Shown: positions 34,329 to 45,850 of the stretch, piece by piece
Layout of the letters: each line of letters opens with the position of its first letter
How positions within the stretch are numbered: the first letter of the stretch is position 1
Assembly: GCA_963709405.1 (NCBI GenBank)
Contig: CAVPXM010000050.1
Coordinates: 1-64,000, forward strand
DNA: 64,000 bases
Direction of reading: 5' to 3'
Source: an uncultured Nitrososphaerales archaeon
GTDB lineage: Archaea > Thermoproteota > Nitrososphaeria > Nitrososphaerales > Nitrososphaeraceae
Notes under the pieces: generated by a model
Database searches by the model: none
The model's input: only the letters and a program-made list of their open reading frames with translations
Told to the model about the DNA's origin: nothing
Translations under genes and position numbers: made by a program

Positions 34329-34943
34329 ATGGTGTTATACGGACTTTTATGTACTTTAGGTATCAAGGGTGGATTAACTTTAGGCCTTACTGCGGCTGAA
34401 CTTTTAACATCCTATTGGAATTGCAGAAACTCAAGAGATAAGCCCTCCCAACCTCGTAAGGTCCATCTTCTCGATAGGAGATTACATCATGGAGAAATTG
34501 GTACAGTATTAGCTTTATCTTCACTGCTGTTGAGAGCAACATCAGTTCCGACTGCAGCCGCTGCACTCATGGCAGGAGTAGGGATGGGTCTTGTTAAGGA
34601 TGATTATGCAGACATGGGAGAATGGTTCAGATTCAAGAAAAAAAATGTTAACGATCAGAAACATACAGAGGTAAAAATGACATCTTTCAAACACCAAAAA
34701 GAAATCTCAGCAACTGAAGAGAAACAATATGAAAATGGTTCTAAATCAGAAAAAAGATCTCCGAACATTTTCGACATATCAGTATTCCATGACCATGAAG
34801 ATAAAAAAATAATAGAAAATCTTATCCTTGAACCTCTACAGAAGCAGGTACGAAATCTAATAGATGCACAATCACAAACGATAAAACAAATTGAATTACA
34901 GATAAAAAAATCGCGAGGTAGGTTGCAGCTGAATAAAACCTAA
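34329..34943 (+). CDS. Hypothetical membrane protein with coiled-coil tail
   Basis: Hydrophobic N-half with RLHHGEIG and DD motifs; charged C-terminus. Confidence 0.6.
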   Translation: MVLYGLLCTLGIKGGLTLGLTAAELLTSYWNCRNSRDKPSQPRKVHLLDRRLHHGEIGTVLALSSLLLRATSVPTAAAALMAGVGMGLVKDDYADMGEWFRFKKKNVNDQKHTEVKMTSFKHQKEISATEEKQYENGSKSEKRSPNIFDISVFHDHEDKKIIENLILEPLQKQVRNLIDAQSQTIKQIELQIKKSRGRLQLNKT

Positions 34944-35680
34944 AACTTAGACCAGTCAACATGTTATGTATGTACTTATGTACGTATGATAACTGTGGTC
35001 CGAGAGTGGGATTTTTGGATATTCTGGATTAAGAGGTGCAGTAAACAATACAAACTTAAAAGATAACAGAGATGAATGTTGTAGCCGATAATTGAAATAA
35101 CATAGGATCTAATAAAAAATAGGATTAAAATCATTTACGAAAACAAGCTGCCGACAAACCAATGTCTGAATATTGCATGTATTATATAAATAAGCACAAT
35201 CATATTGCTTTTCAGAGATGCTGCTCAAAGATGAAAGCGCCAAATCCTAAATAATTGATTCTCTTTCTAATTTCACTGTCATAACGATCATTCAAATTCC
35301 AGTAATATTCTCATAATTTGACAAACCTGCGAATCTGATTCAAACTCAAATGATGTACCATGAAAGTAAGATGAATTATCTAAAACCTACTACTATCAAT
35401 TTCGCCTTTAATGAAAGCCTTTCAGTCCTTAGACATGCCTGGAGGTTCCTTAATCATTGTTGAATCAACCCTGGTTACTCAAGTTTTCAAATATTGATTC
35501 AACCGGTAATGTATAGACTGATGAAGAATGTGCGCATTAGTACCCCTACCTATTTGAGCTTGAACTAAAAATTCTTGGTAGCAGGTGAAATCAGGTGGAA
35601 ACAGATGGTAGCAGATGATAACAAGGAGATAATATTTGCTTCGTCTTTCTTTTTTATATTATATTTATAAAATAAAGTAG

Positions 35681-36832
35681 ATGGTTTTAACAAGGCAGGA
35701 AAAGGAGCAGCGTATTCTCGACCTTTTCCAGCAGGGCTATCATACCCGCGAAATAGCTCGAGAAACTCACACTTCATTCCGAGATATAAGCATCATTCTG
35801 AAAAGAACGTCTAAACAGAAGGAAATTGGAAAAGCTCAAGCAGAAAGAGCGTCTATATCAACAAACGCGTACCGACTTTTCTCCAAAGGTAAGACTACGC
35901 TGGAAGTGACTCTTGCTTTACAGTTAAAAGCTGATGAAGCGATCGAATATCATAAAGAATACTGTAAGTTAATACAACATGACGACTTGATTCATGTGTA
36001 TGAAGAGCTTAAAGGAAATATTTGGCCTCTCGTGACTCTACATAGATTATTAACAGCTGCAGGCATGACTACAACAGAAGTCATCAACCTGCTAAAGATA
36101 ACGAATAACGACCTATCAACAGTGGGATCTAGGTTCGAAACGCTAAGCAAAGATGTGATATCGCTAGAATTAGAAAAACAGAACTCGAATAGAATTGTAT
36201 TAGGACTAAACAATCAGATAACGAATTTCCGGGAAAGAATGGAACACAATTTTATGTTCTTACAAGAACTAAACGCAGAAATTGATCAGTTATACCAAAG
36301 AAAGATGAAATTAGAAGGGTTGATAAGACATTTTGAAAATAATAATCAAACATATCTCACAATTAAGAAGAATATTGAAGAAAAGGTATATGGTACTTTA
36401 TGCGGTGGAAAGATGTTCTTAAAATTAGCCCTATTTTCTTTAATTGAGTCAATCAGTAATAATGCAGATAAATATACCTCTCTGCTTTATATGGTCTCAT
36501 CTTCACCAACATATTATAACTGCAAACATTACGGGCCCCACATCCACGAAGAATACCCCTCCCAAATTCAAGATAATAAAGTTATTATGGATATGATATT
36601 AGAAGAGGCTGAAAAACTTTTCAACAAACTAGCAAAAAAGATAGGCGAAGAAAGTATTACTTATGCTTCCAACATGGTGTCTTCATCCTTCTATTTGTTG
36701 CCATCATTTGATGAACAAGAAAAGACCCGTGCCTGCCCAGAACAGGTACCACTACATAATCCAACAGAGACCCATAAGAGAATTGGACATCTATCTAATA
36801 CGACCAGTAATGATAGTATCACGAAAAAGTAA
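35681..36832 (+). CDS. HTH plus coiled-coil protein (Nitrososphaera multicopy family)
   Basis: QGYHTREIARETHTSFRDIS, AYRLFSKGKT.LEV...L, long heptad region. Confidence 0.75.
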   Translation: MVLTRQEKEQRILDLFQQGYHTREIARETHTSFRDISIILKRTSKQKEIGKAQAERASISTNAYRLFSKGKTTLEVTLALQLKADEAIEYHKEYCKLIQHDDLIHVYEELKGNIWPLVTLHRLLTAAGMTTTEVINLLKITNNDLSTVGSRFETLSKDVISLELEKQNSNRIVLGLNNQITNFRERMEHNFMFLQELNAEIDQLYQRKMKLEGLIRHFENNNQTYLTIKKNIEEKVYGTLCGGKMFLKLALFSLIESISNNADKYTSLLYMVSSSPTYYNCKHYGPHIHEEYPSQIQDNKVIMDMILEEAEKLFNKLAKKIGEESITYASNMVSSSFYLLPSFDEQEKTRACPEQVPLHNPTETHKRIGHLSNTTSNDSITKK

Positions 36833-37978
36833 TGATAAGTAATGTTTAGCAACAATGTCGGTATAAATTACTCAACTATAAGCAAAAAAGCATGGGATTT
36901 GAGAATGTGGACAAATTTGATAATTATGTCAGTAATAAGATGAAGATGTGTGATATTACGATGATTGCTTCGAGCCACTATCCTAATTTTTCGGCCAGTT
37001 TCCAGTAGCTTATATGTGTCTAGAATGCAATTCTGTTATTGTTTACAATTATCAAAATTTAGATTAATTGACCTATATTAAATTATTTTTAGCACTCTAA
37101 AGACTTTATATCATAAATTAATCAACTTTAGGCTTAAAGCTATTGTTATCATTTGTTATCATATTGCTTCCACGTGTTACTCCCACATTTCCACATATAA
37201 TCAACTCTTTTCATCTGTTTACTGCTGCTACCATTACAAGTTTAATTGTGTTCGGTGGAGGTAGTCATGACTTTAAATTGATTTTCATTCAATAGTTTTC
37301 CTGTATGTTTCTTGCATAGTCTTGTTTATTTATGCTCGTCCTCAGGTCTATGTGTATCAAATTCTGAGTTAGGAAAACCAGTAGGATAAATTCATGGGAT
37401 GAGAATAGATTCTATAGACATATCCTGGCAGACGCTAAGATGTGGCTGTAACTATATTAACAGTACCAAAAGTGAAATTCTTTCACAGAATAACTAAATA
37501 AAATAGGTTTAGCAAACTACTTGGATCAATCATTCGATGTACTAGAACTCAAAAATACATAGCTTAGCAAATGATCGCAATATTCAAAGATGAGAATGAA
37601 TATGGTATCGTATACTAGTCCTCTTCGCTACATTAGAAGAGTGGTTGCTGGATATAGTATGCGCTAGTTGGAGCGCATAAATAATACTCCTTGTTTTGAC
37701 ATTATTTAGAATTTTTCAATTTTAGATGCCACGGTCAACACTTACAAGAATGAATTGGGTTATTATAGTTGTGGGTTTCGTTATTATTGCTTACCGTTAT
37801 CAGAATCAATAATACAATTAGTTCGGTATCACTCATATCACTTTCATAAAGAATTGATTACGCCTTTTTTCAACAGAATAATATGTTCTACAAGTACATG
37901 CAGAAATAAGTGTATACAAATATTTAATCATGGTTTGATCATAAATGTTCATTCATTATTATTATTATTTTAACGCAA

Positions 37979-39296
37979 CTAGCTTCTATAACTACTTTTG
38001 ACCTTATATGTTGTAATTCCAAGTGACGGTAGTATAAATAAAAGACTGAAGATACCTCCAAGGAACCATGCAATAGAATAACCCATATGTTGAACAACAA
38101 ATGTAAATACAATTGGAACCCAAAAGGCTCCAAATAACGATAAGCCGTTAACCCAACTTATAGCCAAGGTGTCGTACGAGCTTTTTGTTATTGTTGCTTC
38201 GATGTTTTCTTCGTTTCTCATTGCTGTTCTCGTTTTTCTGTATGATTCTTTAGCTGAAGTATATGCAATAGTAAAAACCCCAGCTGAAAAGGCTCCTACC
38301 AAAACGTTCGATATTCCAGTAACGTATATCCCCGAGGATGTTGTTGTAATACCAATTCCTGCTACGCCAGCGGACATTGCTAGGCCGCACACAAACAAGA
38401 GTTTCTTTATGTTTTTTGTATTATCGTATATCCTTCCAAAGATAGGTGCTGATACAACACCAGCTATTAAACCTAAACCAGCAATAAAACCAGCAGTTGA
38501 TGAATTTACTTTCAAATAATCTTCCAAATAAAATACTATAAATGTCAAAGGTAAACCCCATGCTATTTGTGCTCCAAGCAATACTAATCCGAAAGCAAAT
38601 AGAGACTTATCAAATAATACCTTGCGAATGTCTGATATCTTAATATGAAAATGTTTTCCTTTTGCTTTTTGTGATTGTCCCAGTTGCTCTTCGTACTCAT
38701 CCTGCTTCTTTGGTAAGAAAGCAATTAAGAATATGCTGCTAATCAAACCAAAGCCTCCGCTTAACAATAAGCTTTGTCTCCATCCTACTACTTCTGCAAG
38801 AATTACCCATCCAAATATCCCTATAATTCCTCCTATTGAATGAGCTGAGTTTAGTAATGCTATACCTAATCCTTCCGATCCTCTTCCCAAGTACCTTGTA
38901 ATCAAAGTAACACTTGATCCAAAAAATAATGCCATGCCAAGACCAACCACAAACCGTAGGACTTCCATTTGTTGTAATTCCGAAGATAAACCGCAAAGGA
39001 GTGCTCGCTGACGAAGCTATTGTTATTCCGTATATTGCAGTTCTCCTAGAACCCTGTATTGCAGCAAGAATTCCACCAGGTACTTGAAATAGACCTAAGC
39101 CTATCAAGAAGCTTGTAGTAAGCAATCCGAGGAAAGTGACGTCTTGTCTGAAGTCTGAAGCTATATGGAAGAATATAGAAGCTATATTAAACCAGTTTAT
39201 CGCGTATATCACTCTAGCAAATAGCAAACTCGCAACTGCAGACGGATTGGTTTTATCCAATTTTTCAGCTTTATTATAATTAATATAAATATACAT
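37979..39296 (-). CDS. MFS transporter; frameshift near 39000
   Basis: N-terminal ARVIYAINWFNIASIF..GLGLFQVPGG in 38739..39296 joins LRFVVGLGMA in 37979..38968. Confidence 0.85.
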
Positions 39297-39525
39297 GGTT
39301 TGAATTCACATTAAACACAAAGTGCTTATCACTGCTGAAGTGATAAACGACAAGATTACTTATAATGTAATAAAATATAATCCACTACTTGCCGATGTAT
39401 GCGATTCAGTTACTGAACCTTTTGGATATTCTTTAGATTTAGATTTATCGCTAAGAATTATCGCTACCGAATATCTGCTGACACCTTGAGTATTTGCTCT
39501 TGTGTCATACCTCATAGAGGTAGAG

Positions 39526-39620
39526 CTCGTCGACATGGTCTTAATCAACCATCACCAGTAGTTGTAGAAGAAACTGAAAAACGCATATTGATTAGAAAAT
39601 TAGACTTGGAGAAGGTTTAG
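39526..39620 (+). pseudogene. AbrB/MazE-like C-terminal fragment
   Basis: RRHGLNQPSPVVVEETEKRILIRKL. Confidence 0.45.
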
Positions 39621-40160
39621 TGAGATGTACAAACATCAACAAACTAAGTATTCCATCCTACAAATATTGACATAAATGAAGAAACGAATCAGGTTGGTGA
39701 ATGTGCTCAGCGTTGTGAGCAAGACCACATCTCAATCAACATTAGACAGATAAAGTCACGTCATACTATACAGTTACTATCGGCAAGCTACTCCAAATGC
39801 GAAGTGGTCAAATAAGTATCACTTACAACATAGCAACAACATAGCAAAATAAGCTTTTGAGTGAGATAAGTGTTGAATGGTGATCACAGTTAAAATGACA
39901 TCTGATTCTGCAGAATTTAATGCCAGTAGTTTAGAAAAGGCTCATTTATTTTTCAAAAACATTTACTATCCAACCGATCCATTATTAACAAACTTACATT
40001 CCTTTTCCTAGGAAAAGTTCGTTAATTTACAACAAATAAAGATAAATGATACAAATAATGATAGAATATCTAATAGAACATATCTAAAAATGCAGATACA
40101 TAATATACTCCTCAATAATAATCATCAAACTTAAATAATGACTTCAAGATCTTTACTATC

Positions 40161-40544
40161 ATGCCAAGAGTAATTCATTTTGAAATGGTGGCAGATAACC
40201 CAGAAAGAGCAATGAAATTCTACAAGGAAGTTTTTGGTTGGGAGTTTAATAAATGGGACGGTCCTCAAGAATACTGGCTTGTAAAAACAGGAGAAGACGG
40301 CCAGCCAGGCATAAATGGCGGACTTACTCCTAAAATGAATCAAGGGAGTGGCAGTACCGGTAGCAGAGTAACAAATACCATTGATGTGCCTTCCATAGAT
40401 GAATTCTCTAAGAAAATTTCCATGGAAGGAGGCAAAATTGTAAGGCCCAAAATGGCCATTCCAGGCATTGGATATTTAGCAATATGTGAGGACACAGAAG
40501 GAATTTTGTTTGGTATTATCCAAAGTGACCGAAATGCCAGCTAG
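40161..40544 (+). CDS. VOC family protein
   Basis: VIHFEMVADNPERAMKFY..FGW, PGINGG, PGIGYLAICEDTEG. Confidence 0.92.
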   Translation: MPRVIHFEMVADNPERAMKFYKEVFGWEFNKWDGPQEYWLVKTGEDGQPGINGGLTPKMNQGSGSTGSRVTNTIDVPSIDEFSKKISMEGGKIVRPKMAIPGIGYLAICEDTEGILFGIIQSDRNAS

Positions 40545-41049
40545 ATAGATACAACGAGTTGCGTTACTGCGCTAACCTCTTCCTAAGAACACAATAGCAA
40601 TATCAACGATACGGCAATTTACTACTTCGGTCCATCATTTTATTGGATAAGGGGTATTACATCCCGCTGAGAGCAGCTAAACAGGATCGCATGAACAAGG
40701 TACAGCAACATTGCTCGTATATGGAACAGTAATGACGAAATGATAATGCAAAGTCAAAACCAAGAAATGCATAAAACTGGTCTGAGAACTTGAATTTCAA
40801 ATCTGGCCACGTCCTAAGCATCAACTATTCTACCAATGCATATTCCTCCCTCCTTATCATCGATTATTCTATATTCTGTCCTCTTCCCTTTCTGTTTGTA
40901 ACTCTTATTCTACTTGTAGTACGTCCTTCTGGACACACCATATCTTTTACAAATACCACTTATGGTGTAACAATGTATGTGACTGACATTTATGGAGGAT
41001 TATTAATGACATGAAATATAAAGTGAAGTAAAAAAAATAAGGATAGAAA

Positions 41050-41472
41050 ATGTCAAAAAATAATACTAGACAGCAAGCTTCATTTCAACACTACCAATAC
41101 TACTTTATTGCTGCTGCATTTGCTATTGCAATAGCAGGAATAGTACATCTGTATATACCAGTTGGATTTCCCATGGTATTTGGAAATCCTGCAGTCGCAA
41201 TTTTCTTTCTAGGATCTGGAATTGCACAAATATTTTGGATAGTGCCTATGTTAAAAAGATGGGGAAAGCTGTGGTATTATATAGGAATTGCAGGAAATGT
41301 AGGTTTCATAATCCTGTATGTGATAGCACTCTTCCCTGGTAATCCCTTGACTGGAAGAGGGGGAAATGTGGATATAACAGCTATGATATGTGAAATAGGA
41401 CAAGTCGCTTATATAGCAATAACTGCAGTAATTTTAGCTAAAGAAAGGACAATGAAGATAAGTCAAAGATAA
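41050..41472 (+). CDS. Four-TM membrane protein
   Basis: AIAGIVHL, FFLGSGIAQIFWIVP, WYYIGIAG. Confidence 0.75.
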   Translation: MSKNNTRQQASFQHYQYYFIAAAFAIAIAGIVHLYIPVGFPMVFGNPAVAIFFLGSGIAQIFWIVPMLKRWGKLWYYIGIAGNVGFIILYVIALFPGNPLTGRGGNVDITAMICEIGQVAYIAITAVILAKERTMKISQR

Positions 41473-42058
41473 CAGCTTGGATAAAATATATACTGGAGAG
41501 TATGTACTGCCATCGAGTTATGATGCCGATCCAAACGATTCAGATCAACTAGTTTTAGTCCAAATATGACTGGTATATTCACTTATCATTGTGCATATCA
41601 TCCATTTACTATGAAAGGGACTATTCATCTAGTTAGCTAATATTACATGTTTCCTCTTCTTTTTTTGATTTGAATAACCTATACACATTAAATTCTTTGA
41701 TGGAGGTTTTGATCACTTATTCATTGTACTCTGCTGTCACTACGCCGGATTTCATTCTGGTGAAATCCGGTAATCCTCAGGCGATAGCCATAGCAAGTCA
41801 ATGATATCATGGTATAACTGAACCCTGAAAAGATACAGATTACCAATACGACTAACGAGATCTTATTTCAATTATCTTGTATTGCTCTATCAACCTCGAA
41901 CCGGGGTGGCACTCCATTGATTCTATACTATTCATCATCTACAAATCGATTTCAAATAGTTCTTGAATATATTAACATCTAAATTGTTGACAAGATTGTA
42001 ATGAGATTTATACAGCGTTGGTATTTTACTATGCTAACTTTTACCCTAATGAGATTAC

Positions 42059-42451
42059 ATGCCAACAATAGTGCATTTTGAAATTCCATCGGATGATGTT
42101 GAAAGATCAAAAAGATTCTACAGTGAACTGTTCGGATGGAATATTGAAAAATGGCCAGGTAGCGAGAAGATGCCAGAAGGAATGGAGTATTGGATGATAA
42201 CAACTACTGATGACAAAGGTAACAAGGCTTTGACTGGAGGTATGATGAAGAGACAGAATGCTCAGCAACATGGTATCACAAACTTTATTGACGTGAAGTC
42301 AATCGATGAATACTCATCCAGAATAGAACAATTAGGAGGCAAGATTGTAACGCCAAAAATGCCGGTACCAGGAATGGGATATTTTGGAGCATGCATTGAT
42401 ACCGAAAACAATAGTTTTGCTATATGGGAAACAGATAGCAAGGCTAAGTGA
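42059..42451 (+). CDS. VOC family protein (paralog of 40161)
   Basis: IVHFEIPSDDVERSKRFYSELFGW, GGMMKR, PGMGYF..CIDTENN. Confidence 0.92.
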   Translation: MPTIVHFEIPSDDVERSKRFYSELFGWNIEKWPGSEKMPEGMEYWMITTTDDKGNKALTGGMMKRQNAQQHGITNFIDVKSIDEYSSRIEQLGGKIVTPKMPVPGMGYFGACIDTENNSFAIWETDSKAK

Positions 42452-43185
42452 ATAGTTATGCAAATGCATACGTCAATTTCTTTTGATAACCTACAGCTGC
42501 ATGCTTCTCATACAAGATATGGCTATTAATAGATAGATAGAAGAGAAGATAATTCTCAATTATGCAGATTCTATGAATAAATCAATTTTTAGCAACAATT
42601 GCAGTATTGTTACTGATTAAATCAACATAAATGTAATCGATCGCAGATTATAGTTTGTCTGGGGTTTACGTCAAATTGTTTGCCATATTATCGTTATTAA
42701 ATATTAGCAAGTTCATTGATGATGATCTCATGACCATTTATAGTGTGGACTCCATAACCAGCTTTGGACAAATGCTTTACTATGGATTAGCCCATGGACT
42801 TGTAAACTCTGGATAAATGCTGTCTAATTATTATTTACCAAATAATGATGATCCTATATCAAGTGTCAAGATATTATATCTAAGTGTCCACTCTATACGT
42901 AACTTTGTTATCTATGAATAAATCAGTAATTCTCGCAATGGATATCGCACTTATTGCAATAGGAATGAAAGCGTCTAGTTTTTGCGTCAGCACTTGTGGA
43001 TACTCGGATAGTCGTGATTAGACCTAATGCGATTACTGCCGTAAGTACGATTATCTTATTGCTCATCTAGTTCGTATGCTGAAAAAAATTGCACCAATAT
43101 CTTATAGATAATAGTTACAGATCAAGATGTTGTAATTTATGTTCATAATCTTGGTATAATCAAATCTATTATACATTGTGTAGGT

Positions 43186-43476
43186 ATGAATCGAATTCAT
43201 ATTATCTCAGGAATAGCAATAGCGACAATAGCTCTATTGCTAGTTACGGCAACAATGTCAGATCAGCAGTCCGCGTTCGCACATAGAAACCACCACCACA
43301 ATGGTCATCATAATAATCATCATGGTAGTAATGGCGGAGCTGGAGCAGCTGATAGCAGCCGGTGGCAGCATAGCAGCAGCGGCAGTAGCCGGCGACAGCG
43401 CAGCAGCAGGAGGCAGCAGTGGCAGCACAGCCGGTGGCAGCGAGGACAGCAGGAGGAGCCGGTGGCAGATGATTGA
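43186..43476 (+). CDS. Secreted His-rich, Gly/Ala/Ser-rich peptide (probably frameshifted)
   Basis: Signal peptide ending SAFA, then HRNHHHNGHHNNHHGSNGGAG; GCA/GGC repeats follow. Confidence 0.65.
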   Translation: MNRIHIISGIAIATIALLLVTATMSDQQSAFAHRNHHHNGHHNNHHGSNGGAGAADSSRWQHSSSGSSRRQRSSRRQQWQHSRWQRGQQEEPVADD

Positions 43477-43589
43477 TATTTGTGAGCAAGATTAGGGAAT
43501 GGAATGGAAAGAACGTCCATAATCACATTTTTTTCAAAAAATCAACTATTATTATAAAGAGAAGGTAAGCAAATATAGACAAGTATAGA

Positions 43590-44027
43590 GTGATCATTAT
43601 GAAAAGAGAATCTAAATTTCTACTTATTAGTCTCCTTGCAGTTTTGACAGTGACATCATCTTCAATGTTACTATCTAATCAATTGTTGTTGCCCACATTC
43701 TCACCATCATTACCATTACTATCATTTTCACCTACTATCGTCCAAACTGCAAAAGCTGATGTGAATATTGATACTTCTGGAAATGGAAAAGCAGCTGCCT
43801 TTGATGGTAAAAATAGTATAACTTCAGATGGAAAGGGCTTTTGCAATACTGTTGACAATATTGCTGGAGGAAAGTTTGCACCTCTGTTCAGTGGAATCGT
43901 TGATTGCAAATCTTCGAATAACCCAAAACAGTTTATTGTGGGCTATTCAGTAATAAAAGACCCTGTAAAGGTAGGTGATACAACGTACATGTCCGTAGCT
44001 GTTAGAGATAAGGATCTGCGGCTATAG
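43590..44027 (+). pseudogene. Secreted protein, truncated
   Basis: Signal peptide; ends abruptly after KDPVKVGDTTYMSVAVRD. Confidence 0.5.
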
Positions 44028-44208
44028 CATCAGGTATCATTGCTAAATCCGATGAACATTTGCCCAAGGATATCTACGTATACCAGTTACCTAATAGGAG
44101 ACTTGCTTGAAGTACCGCCTCCAATCTTGAAGTGGCCGTTGCTATCTTTGTTATAGGTATTACCGTAAATTGTAGTAGGATTTCCCCTTCCCCTACCAAC
44201 GTTACGAC

Positions 44209-44280
44209 TTAAGTCTCGCCCTTGACCTGAACCACGCAGAAGAGGTTGCCATCGGGATCTTCCAACATGACAAAGTCATA
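44209..44280 (-). pseudogene. VOC/glyoxalase C-terminal fragment
   Basis: LEDPDGNLFCVVQ. Confidence 0.5.
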
Positions 44281-44329
44281 AGAAAAAATTGAGCGGGCAA
44301 CTCTTGTTATAGGTAATGCAGATTATCTT

Positions 44330-44539
44330 TTAAGTCGTCACCACTGTGCCTGCGCCACCTGATCCACCATTATGTCCATTCCCGGAATGATGACCACAGT
44401 GCTCGTGTCAGTGTCCTGCATGCCCATGGCCATGAGATCCAGAATGGTGTGCTTGTACTGGTGCTGATGCCGATACTATCTCTACTGCTGCTACCGTCAT
44501 CACTATGGTAACGATCAGTAACAATGCTTTAAGATTCAT
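44330..44539 (-). CDS. Secreted His/Gly-rich peptide with an in-frame TGA
   Basis: MNLKALLLIVTIVMTVAAVEIVSASAPVQA-HHSGSHGHGHAGH*HEHCGHHSGNGHNGGSGGAGTVVTT*. Confidence 0.7.
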
Positions 44540-44774
44540 TGTCCTGAGTGCGGTTAGAGAGGCCTATTTGCAAATTGGCAGGATATAGGTTGGTATTTAA
44601 ACTGTGGTTATAATACTATCAGGAAACGATAGCCTACAAAGACGATGTAAATCTATACCCTTCGTGTGACTACTGCGGCAAAACTCATAAGAATACATTT
44701 GTGATTTGTAACTTTTGTGACAAGACATCATATTATAAATGTAGCATTAACCATATCAAATAGTGTCCAGAAAA

Positions 44775-44921
44775 ATGAAATGTCCTAACTGTGGTCAAGA
44801 AGATTGCAAAACTTATTTTGTCATAGAAGGGGGTCCAATGGTTATGTTTGAAGAAGAATATCTAAACTTTTACTGTTATAATTGTAAACATTCAATTGCG
44901 AAGTTTCTGATAGGCGAGTAA
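44775..44921 (+). CDS. 48-aa zinc-finger microprotein (not in ORF track)
   Basis: MKCPNCGQEDCKTYFVIEGGPMVMFEEEYLNFYCYNCKHSIAKFLIGE. Confidence 0.65.
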   Translation: MKCPNCGQEDCKTYFVIEGGPMVMFEEEYLNFYCYNCKHSIAKFLIGE

Positions 44922-45015
44922 AACTCAGAATTCTATACATACAGTGGTGTCCAGTAGAGAAAGGCTTAAAGTAACGTATTAAAAATATGAGGGAGTGAAA
45001 GCCGTCATCACTAGA

Positions 45016-45123
45016 CTAATTCAACGCTACTCCCGCGTGTGCTGCCTGTGTTCCTGTCGCAACTACTATTCCTAATCCACCGGCAACGAGAGCCCCGATC
45101 ATGGCTAGTAATTTCTTTGCCAT
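45016..45123 (-). CDS. 35-aa secreted propeptide (signal peptide + GVALN)
   Basis: MAKKLLAMIGALVAGGLGIVVATGTQAAHA-GVALN*; GC-richer than flanks; TATA-like box upstream. Confidence 0.7.
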   Translation of the reverse strand: MAKKLLAMIGALVAGGLGIVVATGTQAAHAGVALN

Positions 45124-45143
45124 TATATGACAACGTATAGGAT

Positions 45144-45158
45144 ATTATATAGGGTTTA
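45144..45158 (-). promoter_or_regulatory. Putative BRE/TATA promoter of the 35-aa peptide gene
   Basis: Minus strand TAAACCC-TATATAAT, with the TATA 21-28 nt before the ATG, consistent with a leaderless archaeal transcript. Confidence 0.5.
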
Positions 45159-45850
45159 TGACAAAAGTCCAACAAGGTTCGATAATGCCGAACAGTATAG
45201 CGATCAGCATATTTATTTATCGATTTACAGATTTATTCTGTATCTTTAACTGTTAAAGCATGGGATAATGAGGAAAGTCGTCTACAAATATATCAGAATT
45301 ATTTTTGCTTGCTTAAATGTGAAAGGCTATTACATGACTTCAATTTGATTTTTTCCCAATGAATTTGAAAAAGCTCAAAGAAGATCTATAACCTGAATGA
45401 GTAAATAAAGTAAACAAGAATTGAAAGGTGAGGATGATAAATCTAACAAGTAGCTGACTAACTATCTACATAACTAATAAAACATAACATAGTATAAGAT
45501 CAAATGAATAACGAACTAGATTGATGGGATCATAATACCATTATTATCTATTTAGAAGAAGTACAATAAAATGATGATAACAATAATCCGATCCGATTAT
45601 GTACCTTACGTAGATCCATCTTTCGTGCTCTAAAAGACTATAGATCGACAAATTGATAAATACAAAATTCAGAAAGTTAGAATGATGATAATAATTGTGA
45701 GTAATGAATCTACGCACTATGTAAACTTGAATCACTGCCTATCATAACTCATATGTATAATCCCATTTCTTGTAATCTATGTTTGTGGGCAACTAAACCG
45801 AATATTACAAATACCACCTTCCCCAAATAATACGCGATAGTATTGATGCT

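Noticed and set aside
43244-43526. Cys-rich and Ala-rich minus-strand ORFs
   Set aside because: Antisense shadows of the GCA/GGC repeats in the plus-strand peptide gene.
44408-44410. In-frame TGA as selenocysteine
   Set aside because: No SECIS-like element recognised, Nitrososphaerales are not known to use Sec, and nonsense mutations are common in this region.
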